Part shown: positions 59,510-64,000 of the stretch, one piece after another | How the letters are laid out: the number at the start of each line of letters is the position of its first letter | Numbering within the stretch: the stretch's first letter is position 1 | DNA from: Candidatus Kapaibacterium sp. | Lineage (GTDB): Bacteria > Bacteroidota > Ignavibacteria > Kapaibacteriales > NICIL-2 | DNA length: 64,000 nt | Direction of reading: 5' to 3' | NCBI GenBank assembly: GCA_040398805.1 | Contig: JBBATK010000010.1 | Coordinates: forward strand, 18,113 to 82,112 | The notes under the pieces: model-generated | Databases searched by the model: none | What the model saw: only the letters and a program-made list of their open reading frames with translations | Told to the model about the DNA's origin: nothing | Program-made: the position numbers and the translations under genes

Positions 59510-59939
59510 AGGATGTGCGGCGCACGCTGCTGTTTTTCTGTGATCGGCTCTTCGATGTGCACGACATTCACGTTTGTCACTGCCCGCATACTCCGTGCCA
59601 TGAGATCTGCCATTCGTCGCCAGCCGATGTAAAGGTTACCGACGCACCTCCTCCACACGATGGCGCTTGACAATCAATCGGACTCTCTCCCCTCTCTCAC
59701 AGCTTGTAACAACGAGGCTGCCTCCGATTCGTCGTATGGCTCGTCATCGATTCGGGTTGCACATGTTGACCTCACGGAGAAGGATAGTGATCGTCGTCGC
59801 CTCCATCGAAGTAGACAACATGTGTGAATCGGCGGCGGTCTCGGAAGGCGCGCACGCATGATTCCAAACGCCGGACCCTGCTGTTCATGCTTTGGTCGGT
59901 GGCATTTGAATGATGATGGAGACGTTCAGTACCAGCTCC

Positions 59940-61337
59940 CTACTTCCCATCCCCGAGCAACACGACGTTCGCGCGCTTCTTCACCGTCTTGCATGCATTG
60001 CGGGTATCCACGACGACCTTGCTGTTCTTGACGATGAGTTCCATGTCGAACACAGAGTGATCGGTGGTGATGCACACGACGTCGTAGGACTTCAGCTGTG
60101 CAGGTGTGAGGGATTTGATGGAGCGTATCACACGCTGATTCTTCTTGCCGTGATGCAAGGCAACGGCAGTAATGTAGGGATCGTAATACGAGATGTTCGT
60201 GATGCCGTCCGCATCGAGCAGTTCCGCCACTTTCAAGGCGGGAGAGTGACGCAGGTCGTCGACGTCTTTCTTGAAGGCCATGCCGAGCAGCAGCACCTTC
60301 GCCTTCTTCAGGGTGACGGGTTGTTTGGCGATTTCGCGCTCGATCATGGAGCGCACGTAGAAGGGCATCGACTCGTTCACTTCGGCGGCAAGCTCGATGA
60401 AGTTCGTCACGAAGTCGTATTCACGCGCCATCCACGACAGGTAGTACGGGTCGATCAAGATGCAATGTCCGCCGATGCCGGGTCCGGGAAAGAACGGCAT
60501 GAACCCGAAGGGCTTTGTCGCCGCGGCCTCCACCACTTCCCAGATGTTCACCCCTATGCGGTCGCACAGCTGTGCCAGCTCGTTCACCAGCGCGATGTTC
60601 ACACTGCGGAAGATGTTCTCGAGAAGCTTCTCCATCTCCGCCACTTCGGGGGTGGAGACGGGAATCACTTTCGAAATGATGAGCTCGTTCACCGCCACCG
60701 CAAGCTTCGTGCAAACAGGCGTGATACCGCCTACCACGATGGGTGTGTTGCCCGTGTGCCAGGTGGTGTTGCCGGGATCGATGCGTTCGGGCGAGAAGGA
60801 CAGGAAGTAGTCGCGACCGCACACGAGTTTCGTTTCATCGAGAATGGGTTGCACGTATTTGCGCGTGGTTCCGGGAAAGGTGGTGCTCTTCAGGATGACG
60901 AGCGTGCCGTTCTTCATGGAGGCGGCGACGGCGCGGGTGGACTCCACGATGTGCGAGATATCGGGATCTTTATTGTCGGTGAACGGCGTCGGCACGCAGA
61001 TGTAAATCACATCGCATTCGGCGCAGCGACCGAAGTCCGTCGTCGCACTGAAGGTCTTGTCCTTCCAAATCGAGTGGATGCGCTCGTCGGCGATGTCTTG
61101 GATATAATTCTTTCCCTTCTGCAACAGCGCCACCTTCTCCGTGCTCACATCGATACCGATGGTCCGGATACCCAGAGAGGCGAACTCCACGGCCAGGGGT
61201 AAGCCCACGTAGCCCAAGCCCACCACACCGACGGTGCAGGACTTGGAGGCGATGGCCTGCATGAGCCGGTCGGCAGGAGACGCGGTCTTGGCACCTGATG
61301 CCGATTTCGTTGTGCGTTTCTTCACTGTGTCAGCCAT
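59940..61337 (-). CDS. Nucleotide-sugar dehydrogenase (UDP-N-acetyl-D-glucosamine / mannosamine 6-dehydrogenase family)
   Basis: Rossmann VGVVGLGYVGLPLA. Catalytic Cys region GGHCIL. UDP-binding C-terminal domain. Start at MADTVKK. Confidence 0.85.
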   Translation of the reverse strand: MADTVKKRTTKSASGAKTASPADRLMQAIASKSCTVGVVGLGYVGLPLAVEFASLGIRTIGIDVSTEKVALLQKGKNYIQDIADERIHSIWKDKTFSATTDFGRCAECDVIYICVPTPFTDNKDPDISHIVESTRAVAASMKNGTLVILKSTTFPGTTRKYVQPILDETKLVCGRDYFLSFSPERIDPGNTTWHTGNTPIVVGGITPVCTKLAVAVNELIISKVIPVSTPEVAEMEKLLENIFRSVNIALVNELAQLCDRIGVNIWEVVEAAATKPFGFMPFFPGPGIGGHCILIDPYYLSWMAREYDFVTNFIELAAEVNESMPFYVRSMIEREIAKQPVTLKKAKVLLLGMAFKKDVDDLRHSPALKVAELLDADGITNISYYDPYITAVALHHGKKNQRVIRSIKSLTPAQLKSYDVVCITTDHSVFDMELIVKNSKVVVDTRNACKTVKKRANVVLLGDGK

Positions 61338-61430
61338 GATGATCTCCGCTCGAAAGTTCTCTCGTTGATGGAAGTGATCGATATCGTTCTTGTGAACGCC
61401 GTTGTTTGCGCGCAAACTACCAACGCAAAC

Positions 61431-62444
61431 TCAACGTCCGCCGTAGTTCTTTTCGTAATACGACCTGTACTCGCCGCTGCGGACCTTGTCCACCCATGCG
61501 CTGTTGTCACGGTACCATTGCACCGTGCTGCTAAGACCTTCCTCGAAGCGCACCAGGGGCGTCCATCCCAGCTCCTGTTCGGCTTTCGTGCAATCGATGG
61601 CATAGCGTCGGTCGTGACCCGGCCGGTCCGCCACGGTGCGCATGAGCGACTCGGGCTTCTCCACCCTCTTCAGAATGCCTTTCACCACCTCGATGTTCGC
61701 CCGCTCGCTGCGACCGCCGAAATTATACACCTCGCCGGAGCGACCTTTCGTGAAGGCGGCCCAGATGCCGCGGCAGTGGTCATCCACATGGATCCAATCG
61801 CGCACCTGAAGGCCGTCGCCATACACGGGCAACGGTTCGTTGCGCATGGCGTTGGATATCATGAGCGGAATGAGCTTCTCGGGGAACTGATAGGGTCCGT
61901 AGTTGTTACTGCATCGCGTCACGACGGCGTCGAGACCGTGCGTATGGACGAACGCCCGCACGAACAGGTCCGCTCCCGCCTTCGAAGCGCTGTACGGGGA
62001 ATTCGGCGCTAGCGGCGTCTCTTCCGTGAACGCACCCGTGGGTCCGAGCGATCCGTACACTTCGTCGGTGGACACCTGAAGATAGCGCTTGATGCCGCGG
62101 GCTCGCGCTGCTTCGAGTAGGACAAGGGTGCCGCCGATGTTCGTCTTCAGAAAGGGCTCGGCCGAGAGGATGGAACGGTCCACATGACTTTCCGCGGCGC
62201 AATGGATGATGCCCGTGATGCCGTGTTCTGCTATGAGCGACTCCACGCAGGCGGCATCGGTGATGTCGCCATGGACGAAGGTGTACCGCTCATGATGCTC
62301 GACGTCACGAAGGTTGCTGAGGTTTCCCGCGTAGGTAAGGGCGTCGAGATTTACGATATGCGCCTCGGTATGATGCAAGAGGAAGCGAACAAGGTTCGAT
62401 CCGATGAAACCGGCTCCGCCGGTAAGCAATATCCTCTGGTCCAT
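61431..62444 (-). CDS. rfbB: dTDP-glucose 4,6-dehydratase
   Basis: ILLTGGAGFIGSN, YSASKAGADLFVRAF (YxxxK), extended SDR. Start at MDQRILL. Confidence 0.9.
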   Translation of the reverse strand: MDQRILLTGGAGFIGSNLVRFLLHHTEAHIVNLDALTYAGNLSNLRDVEHHERYTFVHGDITDAACVESLIAEHGITGIIHCAAESHVDRSILSAEPFLKTNIGGTLVLLEAARARGIKRYLQVSTDEVYGSLGPTGAFTEETPLAPNSPYSASKAGADLFVRAFVHTHGLDAVVTRCSNNYGPYQFPEKLIPLMISNAMRNEPLPVYGDGLQVRDWIHVDDHCRGIWAAFTKGRSGEVYNFGGRSERANIEVVKGILKRVEKPESLMRTVADRPGHDRRYAIDCTKAEQELGWTPLVRFEEGLSSTVQWYRDNSAWVDKVRSGEYRSYYEKNYGGR

Positions 62445-62509
62445 GAGTAAGCTCTGAGATTGACTGTGGAAATCCTGACTACCAAACGATTCCGCTTCGA
62501 CCTGCGCCG

Positions 62510-63745
62510 TCAATGGACGTGACCTTCCGTGTCCGCAGGTTCTTTTTCCGCCTTCACACTATCAAACGGCGTTCCAATTATCTCCGCCAAGCGCGACTGC
62601 ACCTGCCATTCATGGCGAAGGGCCCGGTACTGTTCCAGCGCCTGTTCGCGATGACGCACAGGAACATCGCTCTTCTCGGCTTTGATCATGATGTTCTTCA
62701 TCGTGTGCTCCTGCGCCACGAACTCGATGAGCTCCGCCGAGTAGCCGTTGCTGCGCAGAATCTCGCGACGCATGGTATCGGTGATCATGTCGGCGATGCG
62801 CTCCCGCACGATTCCGTCCCGAAGCAGCGGCGCATTCGTCTCGCGCACCTTGGCAGACGTCAGCTGGGCATTGACGAAGTGGTGACAGCAGGGTGCGGCG
62901 AAAATGGCTCGCGCGTTCCGCCGGATTGCCAGGGCCAAGGCATCATCGGTGGCGGTGTCGCAGGCGTGCAGAGCGAGGAGCACGTCGATGTCCTCCGGTG
63001 CCTGGTACTCCGCTATGGGCGAGCAGACGAAGGTGCAGTAGGGCATGTCCAGGGCCGCGGCCGTGGCGGTGCACCACGCGATCAACTGCTCGTTGGCATC
63101 GATGCCGACAAGCCGGACGTCGCATCCGCGCTCGGTTTTCAGGTAATACGCCAATGCCAAACTCAGATAGGCCTTGCCGCATCCGGCATCGACGATGCGC
63201 AAGGATGGCGCATCGAACACGGACGAGGAGAGCATGAGGTTCATGGCATGATTCACCTGACGGAACTTGGCGCTCATCGTGGGGATGGTCTCACCCGTCT
63301 CCGTCACGAATCCCAAGGCACGAAGCAGCGCAAAGGCATTGTCGTTGCGCAGGTACGCTCGCTTCTTGCCCGGTTGCTCAGGAGTGGTGTCCCACGAGGA
63401 TTTCGACGGACGTGTCGTCCGACGCAAGACGCTTTTCTTCGTCGCCTTGACATACACATCCTTCTGCGGCGTCTGCACGTGCGCTTGGGAGAAACCCTGC
63501 CCGACCATCACGCCGATCGTTTCGGCCACCACCGCCGCATCGTAGGCAAAGGTCCGGGTGGTATGCTGCTTCTGCGTGAAGGTCTCCACGCCGACAACGG
63601 CATCGTCGCCCGCTCCCGTGCATCGCAGCACCACGCGCAGGGGCGATCCCGTCTCCGCATCACGCTGACGCATGCCGCTGAAGGTACACACCCATGGTGA
63701 ACCGCTAAGGTGTGAAAGAAGGTCTTCTGCGGGTAGATGTGTCAT
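62510..63745 (-). CDS. Class I SAM-dependent methyltransferase
   Basis: Motif I IVDAGCGKAYLSLALA and motif II region VGIDANEQLI. Start at MTHLPAEDLL. Confidence 0.6.
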   Translation of the reverse strand: MTHLPAEDLLSHLSGSPWVCTFSGMRQRDAETGSPLRVVLRCTGAGDDAVVGVETFTQKQHTTRTFAYDAAVVAETIGVMVGQGFSQAHVQTPQKDVYVKATKKSVLRRTTRPSKSSWDTTPEQPGKKRAYLRNDNAFALLRALGFVTETGETIPTMSAKFRQVNHAMNLMLSSSVFDAPSLRIVDAGCGKAYLSLALAYYLKTERGCDVRLVGIDANEQLIAWCTATAAALDMPYCTFVCSPIAEYQAPEDIDVLLALHACDTATDDALALAIRRNARAIFAAPCCHHFVNAQLTSAKVRETNAPLLRDGIVRERIADMITDTMRREILRSNGYSAELIEFVAQEHTMKNIMIKAEKSDVPVRHREQALEQYRALRHEWQVQSRLAEIIGTPFDSVKAEKEPADTEGHVH

Positions 63746-64000
63746 GAGGGAGGCGGAGAAAAAGGTTGAAAGATGGAAAGGTTGAACGGTCGGTATGGCG
63801 GATGGACGTGATGTACGGATGTGATGGATTGAGGTGGTGATGATCCTGACGGACGGACGTGTCACCGGCCGAGCGAAGGCGCATGGCTCCGGGTGAGAGG
63901 TTGATGCGCGACGGACGATTCACGATCAGGATTCCATGCCCAGAACGGCTTTGGCGATGTACCCTGCCACTTGAGGATTCTCCTTCAGGCGACGGGTGGA

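Noticed and set aside
63930-64000. Possible partial CDS at the extreme 3' end of the window
   Set aside because: Only about 70 nt are available, with no start or stop context, so no call is possible.

Overview
This 64 kb window is high-GC (roughly 60-65%) and reads as a chromosomal region from a Bacteroidota/Rhodothermaeota-like organism with a type IX secretion system (T9SS). I am inferring that lineage from the T9SS type-A C-terminal sorting domains and from DUF5683, DUF4197 and PorP-neighbourhood-like genes, not from any search. Two kinds of content alternate. The first is well-conserved housekeeping: hflX, mfd, ridA, an ftsB-like gene, lgt, a kdtA-like gene, the complete rimP-nusA-infB-rbfA-truB-ribF-rpsO-pnp operon, and an rfbB / UDP-sugar dehydrogenase / methyltransferase operon. 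The second is an unusual concentration of six secreted proteins that end in a T9SS type-A C-terminal domain (CTD). Four of them are 1300-1450 aa giants, which I label A to D: A 1350-5405 (-), B 25710-30002 (+), C 34216-38217 (+), D 38316-42266 (+). They are modular: A and B have an IgGFc-binding-like N-domain; D has a lamin-tail-like N-domain; C has five tandem Ig I-set-like repeats; A, B and D carry ASH/DUF1573-like beta-sandwich repeats; B and D carry cohesin-like modules. Other notable features are a PQQ-type sugar dehydrogenase with a T9SS CTD sitting next to a c-type cytochrome and an Rrf2 regulator; an OstA/LptA-like gene and a beta-barrel outer-membrane gene bracketing cargo A; a four-gene operon of uncharacterised small secreted, membrane and lipoproteins (30.5-33.6 kb) lying between cargo genes B and C; a lower-GC island (about 55.7-59.6 kb) carrying a 24-cysteine secreted mini-protein and a BNR/Asp-box propeller T9SS protein; and an OmpR-type two-component pair convergent on cargo D. 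I found no rRNA, tRNA, CRISPR array, transposase or integrase. The many long antisense ORFs in the six-frame track look like high-GC artefacts. The best candidate for an undescribed system is the giant-cargo cluster together with its embedded four-gene small-protein operon and the adjacent two-component pair. All functional calls come from motif and architecture recognition by eye, with no searches run.
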